Origin: Oscillospiraceae bacterium
Lineage (GTDB): Bacteria; Bacillota; Clostridia; Oscillospirales; UBA929
Direction: 5' to 3'
Assembly (NCBI GenBank): GCA_031254195.1
Contig: JAIRUW010000009.1
Location: 13,906 to 77,905, forward strand
DNA length: 64,000 nucleotides
Shown here: positions 1-9,287 of the stretch, piece after piece
Numbering within the stretch: position 1 is the first letter of the stretch
Layout of the letters: every line of letters begins with the position of its first letter
The notes under the pieces: generated by a model
What the model saw: only the letters and a program-made list of their open reading frames with translations
Databases searched by the model: none
Told to the model about the DNA's origin: nothing
Program-made: the position numbers and the translations under genes

Positions 1-1
1 G

Positions 2-550
2 CCCAGCCACTGCGACATGAACAAGACCCCCGGCGTGGACATGACCACCGGCTCTTTGGGGCAGGGCGTCTCGACCGCCATCGGCCTCGCGATGGGGCAA
101 AAGCTGCGCGGGCAGGACGCGAGGACATATTTAATCGTCGGCGACGGCGAATGCAACGAGGGCCAGGTATGGGAGGGCTTGATGCTGGCCGCCCACAGGA
201 AACTGGACAACCTGATCGTCTTCTGCGACAATAACGGTCAGCAATTGGACGGGTACATTAAAAATGTGCTCGACACCGGAGACCTTGCCGATAAATTCCG
301 GGCTTTCGGCTTCTTCACGCAGTCCATAAACGGGCATGATACAAAAGCCATAGAAAACGCCATTGAGGCGGCCCATAAGGAAGGCGCGGCATCACACCGT
401 CCTTCGATGATTGTTCTCGACACCAAAAAGGGCTGCGGCTGCACCTTCGCGGAGGATCAGGAGTTCAACCACCACATCGCCTTTACGCCGGAACAGATGG
501 GGGAAGCGCTGGCGGCCGCGCAGAAAAAACTGGAGGAGGTATCGGCATGA
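2..550 (+). CDS. Transketolase N-terminal (ThDP-binding) subunit, 5' end outside the window
   Basis: Motifs DMTTGSLGQG and GDGECNEG...DNN; frame is open from base 2 (PSHCDM...); overlaps the C-terminal subunit gene (ATGA at 547-550). Confidence 0.92.
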   Translation, partial: PSHCDMNKTPGVDMTTGSLGQGVSTAIGLAMGQKLRGQDARTYLIVGDGECNEGQVWEGLMLAAHRKLDNLIVFCDNNGQQLDGYIKNVLDTGDLADKFRAFGFFTQSINGHDTKAIENAIEAAHKEGAASHRPSMIVLDTKKGCGCTFAEDQEFNHHIAFTPEQMGEALAAAQKKLEEVSA

Positions 551-1515
551 GTATCAAAATGAAAGCCGTTCTTGAGACAGAAAAGAATATGATGCGCGAT
601 ACCTATTGCCGCGTATTGGTGGAGCTTGCTAAAAGAGATGAAAACATCGTGGCGATGGACGCGGACCTGATGAGCTCGTCCGGTATGAAGCCCTTTATGC
701 AAGCCTTTCCCGACCGCTTCATCAACTGCGGCATTGCCGAGGCCAATATGGTAGGCGTCGCCGCCGGGCTGTCGGCGATGGGGTTTGTGCCGTTTGCGCA
801 TACCTTCGGCACCTTCGCCACCCGCCGCGTTTGCGACCAAGTCTTCATGTCGGCGGCTTACGCCAAGCTCAACGTACGTATTGTAGGCACCGACCCCGGC
901 GTCTGCGCCGCGTATAACGGCGGGACGCATATGCCGCTGGAGGACATGGCCGTCCTCCGCGCCATCCCCGAAATGATTTTGATCGAGCCGACTGATTCGG
1001 TCATGCTGGAAAATCTGCTGCCGCAAATCGCCAAACAGTACGGTGTATACTACATCCGGCTCAACCGCAAGAACGCCGTCGGCGTCTATGAAGCAGGCAG
1101 TACCTTCCAAATCGGCAAGGGCGCTCTCCTGCGCGACGGCGCGGATGTGACGCTGTTTGCGTCCGGCATCATGGTCGCCGAGGCTCTGGAAGCGGCAAAA
1201 CTGCTTGAGGAGCAGGACGTTTCGACGCGGGTCGTCAACCTGTTCACATGGAAACCGGTTGATACGGAACTGATTATGGAAAGCGCGAAAAAGACCGGCG
1301 CGGTCATCACCTGCGAAAACCATAACGTCGTCGGCGGGCTGGGCTCGGCGGTCGCCGAAACGCTTGTCAAGGCCTGCCCCGTCCCGGTCGAGATGATTGG
1401 CGTACAGGACGAGTTTGGCGAGGTCGGCCCGGAGGACTATCTGCGCGGGCGGTTCTGCCTCAACGCTGTGGACATCGCCGCGGCGGCTCTGCGAGCCGTA
1501 AAGCGCAAAGGATAA
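547..1515 (+). CDS. Transketolase C-terminal (pyrimidine-binding/C-term) subunit
   Basis: Motifs GIAEANMVG, NGGTHM, ENHNVVGGLGSAV; coupled to the N-terminal subunit. Confidence 0.92.
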   Translation: MSIKMKAVLETEKNMMRDTYCRVLVELAKRDENIVAMDADLMSSSGMKPFMQAFPDRFINCGIAEANMVGVAAGLSAMGFVPFAHTFGTFATRRVCDQVFMSAAYAKLNVRIVGTDPGVCAAYNGGTHMPLEDMAVLRAIPEMILIEPTDSVMLENLLPQIAKQYGVYYIRLNRKNAVGVYEAGSTFQIGKGALLRDGADVTLFASGIMVAEALEAAKLLEEQDVSTRVVNLFTWKPVDTELIMESAKKTGAVITCENHNVVGGLGSAVAETLVKACPVPVEMIGVQDEFGEVGPEDYLRGRFCLNAVDIAAAALRAVKRKG

Positions 1516-1518
1516 GCC

Positions 1519-2568
1519 ATGGACAACCGTGTATTCATCGCACAATGCGATACATATGACAATGCCAAAGCCGCCGTTGACCGTGTTTTGCACGCGTTCG
1601 GCGGCGCCGCGGCTATCCTGAACGGAAAAAAGCGCGTCCTTGTTAAGCCCAACCTCATCATGCCGCGTAACCCCGACGCCGCCGCAACGACCCACCCCGC
1701 CGTGGTCTCCGCCATATGCGCGGCGTTCATTGAAGCGGGCGCGGAGGTTACCATCATTGACTCTACCGGCGGGCCGCACAGCAAGGCGGTATTGAAGATG
1801 CTCTACAGTAAATGCGGCATGGAGGACGCGGCGAAGCGGAGCGGAGCGGTCCTGAGCTATAACACCAAAAGCCGGACAGTCTCCGTCCCGGGCGGGCGGG
1901 TCATCCAAAAGGTGAGCCTGCTTGCGCCGGTGCTGGAAGCAGATCTGGTCATATCGGCCGCCAAGGCCAAGACGCACAGCATGATGGCGATGACGGGCTG
2001 CATGAAAAACCTGTTCGGCTGTGTGCCGGGCATGGGTAAACCCATCCTGCACGGCAAGTATCCTAACAGGCCGGATTTCGCCGGGATGCTGGTTGACGTC
2101 TGCGAGACTGTCAAGCCCGGCTTCGCCATCCTCGACGGGGTGTGGGGGATGGAGGGCGCGGGCCCGACCGGCGGCGACCCCAAACACTTGCGCGTCATCG
2201 CCGGAGGGTTCAGCCCATACACGGTCGATCTGGCGCAGTGCCATTTGATGGGGTTGCGGCTTGACAGCGTATATACGGTTGCCGAAGCCGCCAAGCGCGG
2301 CCTTGCGCCCGACAGCCCCGCGCAATTGGAATGGCTAGGTGACAACCCCGCGCCGCTGCGGACAAATTTCCTCCCCGCCGTGAAGCACAAGGGCGACATT
2401 GTGCCGACTATCAAAGAAAGCTGCATCGGCTGCGGCGACTGTATCCGCATCTGCCCAAAGAAGTGCATGGAGTTAAAGGGGAAGAAGGCCGTCATCTTTG
2501 CGCAAAACTGCATCCGCTGTTATTGCTGCCATGAGTTCTGCCCGGTGAAAGCGGTGGCGTTGGAATGA
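1519..2568 (+). CDS. DUF362-domain protein with C-terminal 2x[4Fe-4S] ferredoxin
   Basis: VLVKPNL...TTHP, KAKTH, MKNLFG motifs; CIGCGDCIRICP and CIRCYCCHEFCP at the C terminus. Confidence 0.85.
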   Translation: MDNRVFIAQCDTYDNAKAAVDRVLHAFGGAAAILNGKKRVLVKPNLIMPRNPDAAATTHPAVVSAICAAFIEAGAEVTIIDSTGGPHSKAVLKMLYSKCGMEDAAKRSGAVLSYNTKSRTVSVPGGRVIQKVSLLAPVLEADLVISAAKAKTHSMMAMTGCMKNLFGCVPGMGKPILHGKYPNRPDFAGMLVDVCETVKPGFAILDGVWGMEGAGPTGGDPKHLRVIAGGFSPYTVDLAQCHLMGLRLDSVYTVAEAAKRGLAPDSPAQLEWLGDNPAPLRTNFLPAVKHKGDIVPTIKESCIGCGDCIRICPKKCMELKGKKAVIFAQNCIRCYCCHEFCPVKAVALE

Positions 2569-3356
2569 AGGCCGTCACCCTCCACGCAAAAGCGCCGGCA
2601 AAGATCAATCTGGGGTTGGATATTGTCGGCAAGCGGGACGACGGATACCATGATTTAAGAACAATCATGGCGTCGGTATCGCTGTATGACACCTTAACCA
2701 TCACGCTCACCCCTTGTGAAACGGGGGAGGAAACCTTTACCGCCAGCGCGGAAGGCGTAGAGGGCGATAATCTTGCCGCACGCGCGGCGCGGTTGTTTAT
2801 GCAACGCAATGATCTGACCGGGTGGCGCGTACACATCCATATCGACAAGCGCATCCCCATATCCGCCGGGCTGGGCGGCGGCTCCAGCGACGCGGCGGCT
2901 GTACTGCGCATTCTTCATGAGTGGCGTCCCATGGCGCAGAATGCCCTTGCCGGACTTGCGCTTGAGCTTGGCTCCGACGTGCCCTACTGTCTGCATGGCG
3001 GTACCTGCCTGGCGGAAGGGCGGGGCGAGGTTTTGACGCCGCTGGCTCCTCTGGCGGACTGTTGGGTCGTTCTCGTGACGCCGCCGGTTTCCATCTCGAC
3101 GGTAGAAGCGTTCCGCCGGTACGACGAAAAAGCCGTACCGCCCCGGCTGGAGGGCAATGTGTTTGAGGATTTACTTTCTATCCCCGTGGTAGCGGAGATC
3201 AAGCAAACCTTGACCGGCGCCGGCGCGTCAAACGCCATGATGAGCGGAAGCGGCCCGACGGTTTTCGGCATATTTGAAGATGAAAATCGCGCTAAAACCG
3301 CTTTTGACACGCTTCGCGCTGAATTCCCAAAAACATTCCTCACGAAGCCCGTATAA
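2565..3356 (+). CDS. ispE: 4-diphosphocytidyl-2-C-methyl-D-erythritol kinase
   Basis: APAKINLGL, IPISAGLGGGSSDAA, LGSDVP and MSGSGPTVF GHMP-kinase motifs. Confidence 0.95.
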   Translation: MKAVTLHAKAPAKINLGLDIVGKRDDGYHDLRTIMASVSLYDTLTITLTPCETGEETFTASAEGVEGDNLAARAARLFMQRNDLTGWRVHIHIDKRIPISAGLGGGSSDAAAVLRILHEWRPMAQNALAGLALELGSDVPYCLHGGTCLAEGRGEVLTPLAPLADCWVVLVTPPVSISTVEAFRRYDEKAVPPRLEGNVFEDLLSIPVVAEIKQTLTGAGASNAMMSGSGPTVFGIFEDENRAKTAFDTLRAEFPKTFLTKPV

Positions 3357-3380
3357 GCAAAACCATCCCTGTCAACAATG
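3351..3380 (+). promoter_or_regulatory. Putative sigma-F promoter of spoIIR
   Basis: GTATA (3351-3355), 15 nt, GTCAACAATG (3371-3380) fits the GYWTA-15-GGnnAnAnT consensus; spoIIR is a known sigma-F target. Confidence 0.55.
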
Positions 3381-3411
3381 GTATTACCATTGATAAAGGC
3401 AGGGATTTTTT

Positions 3412-4041
3412 ATGGAAAGCATCCGTTTCAAACCTTGGGAACTCGCGCTCTGCGCCGGATTGATCATCGCGCTGCTCGCGGGAGCGGCGTCCGCTTACGC
3501 GGAACCGGGCCTTTCGGATAAGCTGATCCGGCTGCATGTCGTCGCCGCGTCGGACAGCGGCGAGGATCAGGCGCTCAAGCTCATGGTGCGCGACGAAACG
3601 CTGTCGGCACTGCAAGAGCCGCTGTCCGGCGTCACCGACGTCTCGGAAGCGGAGCGTATCATTGCGGAGAACATACCCATGCTGGAGGCCCGGCTGCGCG
3701 GTTTCCTCTCAGAACAGGGGCTGGAACAGCCGGTAAGCGCCGAGCTGAAGCGGGAGGCGTTCCCCACACGGGAATACAGCACCTTCGCGCTCCCCGCCGG
3801 TCCGTATACCGCGCTGCGCGTGACTTTGGGCGGCGGGCAAGGGCAAAATTGGTGGTGCGTGGTTTTCCCGCCGCTCTGTGCCGCGTCGGCGATGGAGCGC
3901 CTGCCGGACACGTCGCGCGCAGCCGGGCTGACCGAGGAGGAGGTCATGCTGATCACCCAAGCGGACGAGACGTATGCCGTGCGCTTCAAGCTGGCCGAAT
4001 GGCTGGGGGCGCTGAGAAATCGCTTCCTCAAGAAGCAATAG
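3412..4041 (+). CDS. spoIIR: Stage II sporulation protein R
   Basis: N-terminal hydrophobic signal; IRLHVVAASDSGEDQALKL, FPTREY, LPAGPY, GQNWWCVVFPPLC. Confidence 0.93.
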   Translation: MESIRFKPWELALCAGLIIALLAGAASAYAEPGLSDKLIRLHVVAASDSGEDQALKLMVRDETLSALQEPLSGVTDVSEAERIIAENIPMLEARLRGFLSEQGLEQPVSAELKREAFPTREYSTFALPAGPYTALRVTLGGGQGQNWWCVVFPPLCAASAMERLPDTSRAAGLTEEEVMLITQADETYAVRFKLAEWLGALRNRFLKKQ

Positions 4042-4102
4042 GCCGCTCCTATGAAGCCACCTCTTCGCTTGATTGGTAAGATTTATTCCTCCCCGCCCGC
4101 TC

Positions 4103-4131
4103 TTGAACAATGCGTTGAAATATAGTATACT
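4103..4131 (+). promoter_or_regulatory. Sigma-A promoter upstream of topB
   Basis: TTGAAC-17-TATACT. Confidence 0.6.
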
Positions 4132-4177
4132 AAAAGTCATCATCAAGGTAAATCAACGGCGAAAGGCGGCAAGCCTG

Positions 4178-6331
4178 ATGGGGAAATCATTGGTATTGGC
4201 CGAAAAACCGTCGGTAGCCCGGGAGCTTGCGAAGGTGCTGGGGTGCAGGCAAAACGGCGAGGGGCATATCAGCGGCGGTACATATATCGTGACATGGGCG
4301 CTTGGGCATCTTGTCACCCTTGCCGACCCGGAATTCTACAGCAAGGACTATAAGACATGGAACTTGGAATCGCTGCCCATGCTGCCGCAAAAAATGCAGC
4401 TTGTCGTGATGAAAGAGACCTCCCGGCAGTATAATACCGTGCAAACCCTGTTAAAGAGGGCGGACGTCTCCGAAATCATCATCGCCACCGATTCAGGGCG
4501 CGAGGGGGAGCTTGTGGCCCGCTGGATTTTGCAAAAAGCCGGTTGCAAGAAGCCTATCAGGCGCCTTTGGATCTCCTCTCAAACCGCAAAGGCGGTGCGG
4601 GATGGTTTTCAAAACCTAAAACCCGGCGCTGACTACTATAATCTGTTCTTATCAGCCCAGTCCCGCGCCGAAGCGGACTGGCTGGTCGGCTTAAACGTCA
4701 CCCGGGCATTGACGTGCAAGCATAACGCGCAGCTCTCCGCCGGGCGGGTTCAAACCCCCACCCTCGCCATGATTGTGGCAAGGGAGCGGGAGATCAAGGA
4801 CTTTATCCCTAAAGAATACTACACGGTGAAAGCGATTTTCAACGGTTTCTCCGCGGTTTGGGCGGGGCAAAACGGCCAATCCCGCATATTCGACCGGGCA
4901 AACGCCGAGGCGGTTTTGCAAAGATGCGCGGGCAAGATCGGCACAGTGGCCGAGGTCAGCAAGCAGTATAAGCATAAACCGCCGCCCGCCGCCTATGACC
5001 TCACCGAATTGCAACGGGACGCGAACCGTAAGTACGCCTACTCCGCCAAGCAGACCCTTTCGCTCATGCAGTCGTTGTATGAGCGTCATAAGGTGCTCAC
5101 ATACCCGCGTACCGATTCGAGATACATCACCGACGACATCGTGCCTACCCTGCCCGACCGTCTGCGGAGCGTCGCGGCCGGGCCATACAAGGAATTGGCC
5201 TCCTCCCTGCTCAAAACGCGCCCGCTGTCCACGCGCTGGCTGGTGGACAACGGCAAGGTGAGCGACCACCACGCCATCATCCCTACCGAGGAGCAGGTTG
5301 ACCTCTTTGCCATGACGGGCGAAGAGCGCAATATATACGATTTGGTGATCCGCCGGTTTCTGGCGGTGCTGTCCCCCGCGTTTGAATATGAGGAAGTCAG
5401 ATTGACCGTCCTGATTGGCAAGGACCGTTTTTATGCAAAGGGCAAAACGGTCAAGACCCCCGGCTGGCGCATCGCGTACGGGCAGGAACCGGCCGGAGAG
5501 GAGGAGGAAGACTCTGACGTCAGGGAGCAGGTGCTTCCGCAGATACGCCAAGGAGACAAGCCGGATATACAATCATGCGTGCTGGACACCGGGAAAACCA
5601 AGCCCCCGGCGCGGTATAACGAGGCGTCCTTGCTCACCGCGATGGAAAACCCGCCCGGCAGCCCGTTCAGCCTAGGGACCCCGGCCACCCGCGCCGACAT
5701 TATAGAGAAGCTGTTTTCGTCCTTTTATGTGGAGCGGCGCGGCAAAGAGATCATACCTACCTCAAAGGGGATACAGCTCATCTCTATCGTGCCAGAGGAG
5801 TTGCGGTCGGCGGAGCTAACCGCCAAGTGGGAGGAAGAGCTGGCGCGCATCAGTAAAGGCAGCTCTAAGAGCGGAGAGTTCCTCGCGCAAATGCACGCGT
5901 ACACATCCAAGCTGGTGAGTGAGGTCGTCGCGAGCGGCGCAGTATACACCCATGACAATATGACACGGGAAAAATGCCCCGCCTGCGGAAAATTCCTGCT
6001 GGATGTAAACGGTAAGAAGGGGAAGCTGCGCGTCTGTCCCGACCGGGAATGCGGCTACCGCAAGAACGTGTCGATGCTGACCAACGCCCGTTGCCCCAAT
6101 TGCCATAAGAAGCTGGAAATGCGCGGCGACGGGGAGAAGCGTTCCTTTTTCTGCGCCTGCGGCCACCGGGAAAAGCTCTCCGACTTTGAAAAGCGCCGCG
6201 CCGAGTCCGGCGCGACGAAGAGCGATGTGCAAAACTATCTGGCGACCCAAAACAGGCGCGATGAACCCGGCGGCAGCACGGCGATGGCTGAAGCGTTGAA
6301 AAGGTGGAAAGAATCACAAGGGGAAGGATAG
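4178..6331 (+). CDS. topB: DNA topoisomerase III
   Basis: AEKPSVA, ATDSGREGE, SAGRVQTPT, catalytic TYPRTDS, C-terminal Cys4 zinc ribbons; ATG 4178 chosen because the longer ORF start lies upstream of the promoter. Confidence 0.93.
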   Translation: MGKSLVLAEKPSVARELAKVLGCRQNGEGHISGGTYIVTWALGHLVTLADPEFYSKDYKTWNLESLPMLPQKMQLVVMKETSRQYNTVQTLLKRADVSEIIIATDSGREGELVARWILQKAGCKKPIRRLWISSQTAKAVRDGFQNLKPGADYYNLFLSAQSRAEADWLVGLNVTRALTCKHNAQLSAGRVQTPTLAMIVAREREIKDFIPKEYYTVKAIFNGFSAVWAGQNGQSRIFDRANAEAVLQRCAGKIGTVAEVSKQYKHKPPPAAYDLTELQRDANRKYAYSAKQTLSLMQSLYERHKVLTYPRTDSRYITDDIVPTLPDRLRSVAAGPYKELASSLLKTRPLSTRWLVDNGKVSDHHAIIPTEEQVDLFAMTGEERNIYDLVIRRFLAVLSPAFEYEEVRLTVLIGKDRFYAKGKTVKTPGWRIAYGQEPAGEEEEDSDVREQVLPQIRQGDKPDIQSCVLDTGKTKPPARYNEASLLTAMENPPGSPFSLGTPATRADIIEKLFSSFYVERRGKEIIPTSKGIQLISIVPEELRSAELTAKWEEELARISKGSSKSGEFLAQMHAYTSKLVSEVVASGAVYTHDNMTREKCPACGKFLLDVNGKKGKLRVCPDRECGYRKNVSMLTNARCPNCHKKLEMRGDGEKRSFFCACGHREKLSDFEKRRAESGATKSDVQNYLATQNRRDEPGGSTAMAEALKRWKESQGEG

Positions 6332-6335
6332 CGAC

Positions 6336-6716
6336 ATGGTTACATTCGATGAAGCCGCAGACATGCTGGACGAGATCGCGGAGGAAATGCCGGAGGCCTT
6401 TTACAGCGACCTCAACGGAGGCGTCTACCTGCTGCCGGACACCAAACGGGACCCGGAGAGCGACAGATCCCGGCCGCTCTACATCTTAGGGCAGTACATC
6501 AGCCGCCCCGACCTCGGGAAGTATATCAACATGTATTACGGCTCGTTTATGAAAATCTACTCCCATCTGCCGCCCGACGCGTTTAAGCGGGAGCTCAAGC
6601 GGGTGCTCGTCCATGAGTTTACCCACCATGTGGAGTTCCTCGCGGGGGAGTGCGGGCTGGAGATCAAGGACGAGATTAAAATGGAAAAATACCGGCGTGA
6701 CAGGCGCGGAGGCTAA
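6336..6716 (+). CDS. Small zincin-like metallopeptidase family protein
   Basis: HEFTH (HExxH) motif after a hydrophobic helix; 126 aa. Confidence 0.75.
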   Translation: MVTFDEAADMLDEIAEEMPEAFYSDLNGGVYLLPDTKRDPESDRSRPLYILGQYISRPDLGKYINMYYGSFMKIYSHLPPDAFKRELKRVLVHEFTHHVEFLAGECGLEIKDEIKMEKYRRDRRGG

Positions 6717-6720
6717 TCCG

Positions 6721-6921
6721 ATGAAAGAGGAGAACGGCAGCAAGGTCAATTGCTTTCAATGCGTACATTTCGTCATCACTTGGGATCCTAAATACCCCAG
6801 GGCCTGCAAGCTGTTCGGTTTTAAGTCGGCACGCGTGCCCTCGGTATCCGTGCATGAGGATTCCGGCTTTGCCTGTCTGGGCTTTGCAAAAAAAGCCGCC
6901 AAGAAAGCAAACGGCAAATGA
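6721..6921 (+). CDS. Small Cys-rich hypothetical protein (66 aa)
   Basis: GGAGG RBS before ATG 6721; CFQC...WDPKYPRACKLFGFKS...C pattern. Confidence 0.7.
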   Translation: MKEENGSKVNCFQCVHFVITWDPKYPRACKLFGFKSARVPSVSVHEDSGFACLGFAKKAAKKANGK

Positions 6922-6955
6922 TCTAACCTATCGCCCGGAGGCGGGAAAGTCCCTC

Positions 6956-6984
6956 TTGCGCGTGGTTCTTTTTTGCGGTATACT
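6956..6984 (+). promoter_or_regulatory. Sigma-A promoter of the HD-GYP signalling operon
   Basis: TTGCGC-17-TATACT, about 55 nt before ATG 7040. Confidence 0.6.
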
Positions 6985-7039
6985 GACACTAAATAGAAGC
7001 GGGGGGACTCAATGTGTTTTTTGAGGAGCGCTTACCGTT

Positions 7040-8053
7040 ATGAAGACAGTTTTTATCGTCGATGACAATGACACCAACCTGATGGCGGCAAAAATAGCGC
7101 TGGACGGTACATACAGAACATTCGCGCTTCCAAGCGCCGCGGGAATGTTCAAGTTAGCGGAGAAAATCATGCCCGACCTGGTTTTATTGGACGTAGATAT
7201 GCCTGATATAGACGGATTTGAAGCCATGCGCATGATGAAGGAGGACGCAAAGCTAAAAGCCGTTCCCGTTATCTTCCTCACAGCGCTCATTGACACGGCG
7301 ACGGAAATCCAAGGCTTTGAAATGGGCGCGCTTGATTTCATCAGCAAACCCTTTTCCCCCCCTGTGCTAATCAGGCGGATTCAAACGCATATCGAAACCG
7401 ACAGGCTAATCAAAGACAGCCAGCGGGCTGTGCACAGCATCCACAACGCCGCCATCAGCGTGATCGCGGACATGGTGGAAAGCCGTGACAAAGTGACAGG
7501 CGGGCATATCGAGCGGACGCAGACATATTTGGAGATATTGGTCAAGGAGCTGGTTCGCAGAGGGATATATACAGAGTGTATAATGAGTTGGGACATAGAG
7601 CTTCTGCTGCCCTCGGCGCAGCTTCACGATGTAGGCAAGATAGCCATCAGCGATTTGATCCTCAACAAACCGGCAAAGCTTACCGCGGAAGAATTTGATT
7701 TGATAAAAGCCCATTGCGCCGAGGGGGAGTGCATCATCGACCGGATTATCGGCAAAACGAAGGACGACGGCTCCTTAAATCACGCCAAGAGGTTCGCGGG
7801 GCATCACCATGAAAGATGGGACGGTACGGGTTATCCCAGAAGGCTCAGCGGCGAAAACATCCCCTTGGAAGGCAGGCTGATGGCAATCGCGGACGTCTAT
7901 GACGCTTTGGTATCCGAACGCCCCTATAAAAGGCCTTTCTCTCACGAGCAGGCAGTCGAGATCATCAAAGCGGACAGCGGCACACACTTTGACCCGAAGA
8001 TTGTAGAGGCGTTCTTAAGCGTTGCGGAGGATTTCCGGGCGGCATCCATGTGA
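7040..8053 (+). CDS. Response regulator with HD-GYP cyclic di-GMP phosphodiesterase domain (RpfG family)
   Basis: Receiver IVDD...LLDVDMP...KP; LHDVGKI, HHERWDGTGYP, AIADVYDAL, RPYK. Confidence 0.92.
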   Translation: MKTVFIVDDNDTNLMAAKIALDGTYRTFALPSAAGMFKLAEKIMPDLVLLDVDMPDIDGFEAMRMMKEDAKLKAVPVIFLTALIDTATEIQGFEMGALDFISKPFSPPVLIRRIQTHIETDRLIKDSQRAVHSIHNAAISVIADMVESRDKVTGGHIERTQTYLEILVKELVRRGIYTECIMSWDIELLLPSAQLHDVGKIAISDLILNKPAKLTAEEFDLIKAHCAEGECIIDRIIGKTKDDGSLNHAKRFAGHHHERWDGTGYPRRLSGENIPLEGRLMAIADVYDALVSERPYKRPFSHEQAVEIIKADSGTHFDPKIVEAFLSVAEDFRAASM

Positions 8054-8090
8054 ACAGGCGGTTACATAAGCCTAGAAAGGAGTTCATGGA

Positions 8091-8306
8091 ATGGCTGTTA
8101 CGATCCAACAGGTGAGAAAACTCCTTCAGGGGCAGCATACGTTCTCACAGCTGGGCTTTTCTATGCTGCTCACACGGTTGAAGTTCCTCTATGCCAATGA
8201 ACCGGCGCCGGAAACTCTTGAAAACTGCGCCAAAGAGATCAACGCGTTTCTCGGCAAATACCATACGGTCATGGCCGCGGATATAGCGGTCATCGACAGC
8301 CTATGA
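8091..8306 (+). CDS. Small helical hypothetical protein (71 aa)
   Basis: AAGGAG RBS 8 nt before ATG 8091; lies between co-directional signalling genes with short gaps. Confidence 0.8.
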   Translation: MAVTIQQVRKLLQGQHTFSQLGFSMLLTRLKFLYANEPAPETLENCAKEINAFLGKYHTVMAADIAVIDSL

Positions 8307-8321
8307 TGGGGGATTCAAATC

Positions 8322-9287
8322 ATGCTAATGTCATTCGAGGCCGCATCCGCCCGGATCAAGGACGGTAAACTGCTGCATATCGCGGGAGCGGAGGCTTTGC
8401 TGCGAAAATTGCCAAAAGGCAGGTGGATCGGCGGTTCGACCGAGTATTTCATGACGGAGGAAGGCGGAAAGGTATCCGGCAGCCATCTGTATATAACCGA
8501 GTTCCCCTATGAGTTCTCCATCCAATCATACGGCATGTCAGACATAGAAAACGTGGCCTCAGACGCCTATGACAACGGATTTTCCATCCTGATCATCCCC
8601 TTCGACAGCGCACTGCATATTGAATATGCCAATAGCGCGGCAGGATACCGCGATATGTTTTTCAAGAATATTGCCGGATGGATCTCCGGCGTCAACATGA
8701 GCGCCGAGGGGCAGACCCCGGTCGCCGTCAACGGGATGACAGGGGAGGTTTTCACAGACAAAGCGGTCGCCCTGCATATGAAAATCCCAGCGGACAAAAC
8801 AGCCAGCATCAGTATCGTCAACATTTTCTCCCAAGACGAAGACGCGCCTGTCATTGAGTTTACCGAGGAGGGCTTTTTGGTCAAAACCTGCCTCATCGAC
8901 GGCAAGGAAACGAGCTTTGCCGACTATATCACGCAGAACAACATAGACACCAGAATGCCGCTGGTCGGCGATTATTCCGGCAACGGGGTCAATATCGGGT
9001 TCAGGGATATAATCGACGGCGTTGTGCGCGTATATTCACCGGTCTTTCCCGGTATCCGGTACCGCGCGGCAAAGAGGGTAACGGATTATGTCAAAGAGTT
9101 TAACAGCCGGCTCACCGAGCGGACAAACGCTGATGTTGTATTCTCCTGCAACTGCCTCCTGAACTTCCTGTACGGCGAGCTGGAGGGCAAGAGCATAGAG
9201 GCGTTTTACGGCCCCATTACCTTCGGGGAGATCGCCTACCAGCTGGTCAATCAGACGCTGGTGTATGTAAGCGTGCTTGACAAATGA
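8322..9287 (+). CDS. DUF6976 / FIST-like sensory-domain protein
   Basis: WIGGSTEYFM near the N terminus; FSCNCLLNFLY and GPITFGEIAYQLVNQTLV resemble the FIST_C SC...GEI...NQT signature. Confidence 0.7.
   Translation: MLMSFEAASARIKDGKLLHIAGAEALLRKLPKGRWIGGSTEYFMTEEGGKVSGSHLYITEFPYEFSIQSYGMSDIENVASDAYDNGFSILIIPFDSALHIEYANSAAGYRDMFFKNIAGWISGVNMSAEGQTPVAVNGMTGEVFTDKAVALHMKIPADKTASISIVNIFSQDEDAPVIEFTEEGFLVKTCLIDGKETSFADYITQNNIDTRMPLVGDYSGNGVNIGFRDIIDGVVRVYSPVFPGIRYRAAKRVTDYVKEFNSRLTERTNADVVFSCNCLLNFLYGELEGKSIEAFYGPITFGEIAYQLVNQTLVYVSVLDK

Noticed and set aside
457-2325. 622-aa minus-strand ORF
   Set aside because: Antisense shadow of the transketolase and DUF362 genes; expected in GC-rich DNA, no motifs
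4073-4177. N-terminal extension of the topB ORF
   Set aside because: Starts upstream of the predicted promoter and has no similarity to TopB; true start is likely 4178
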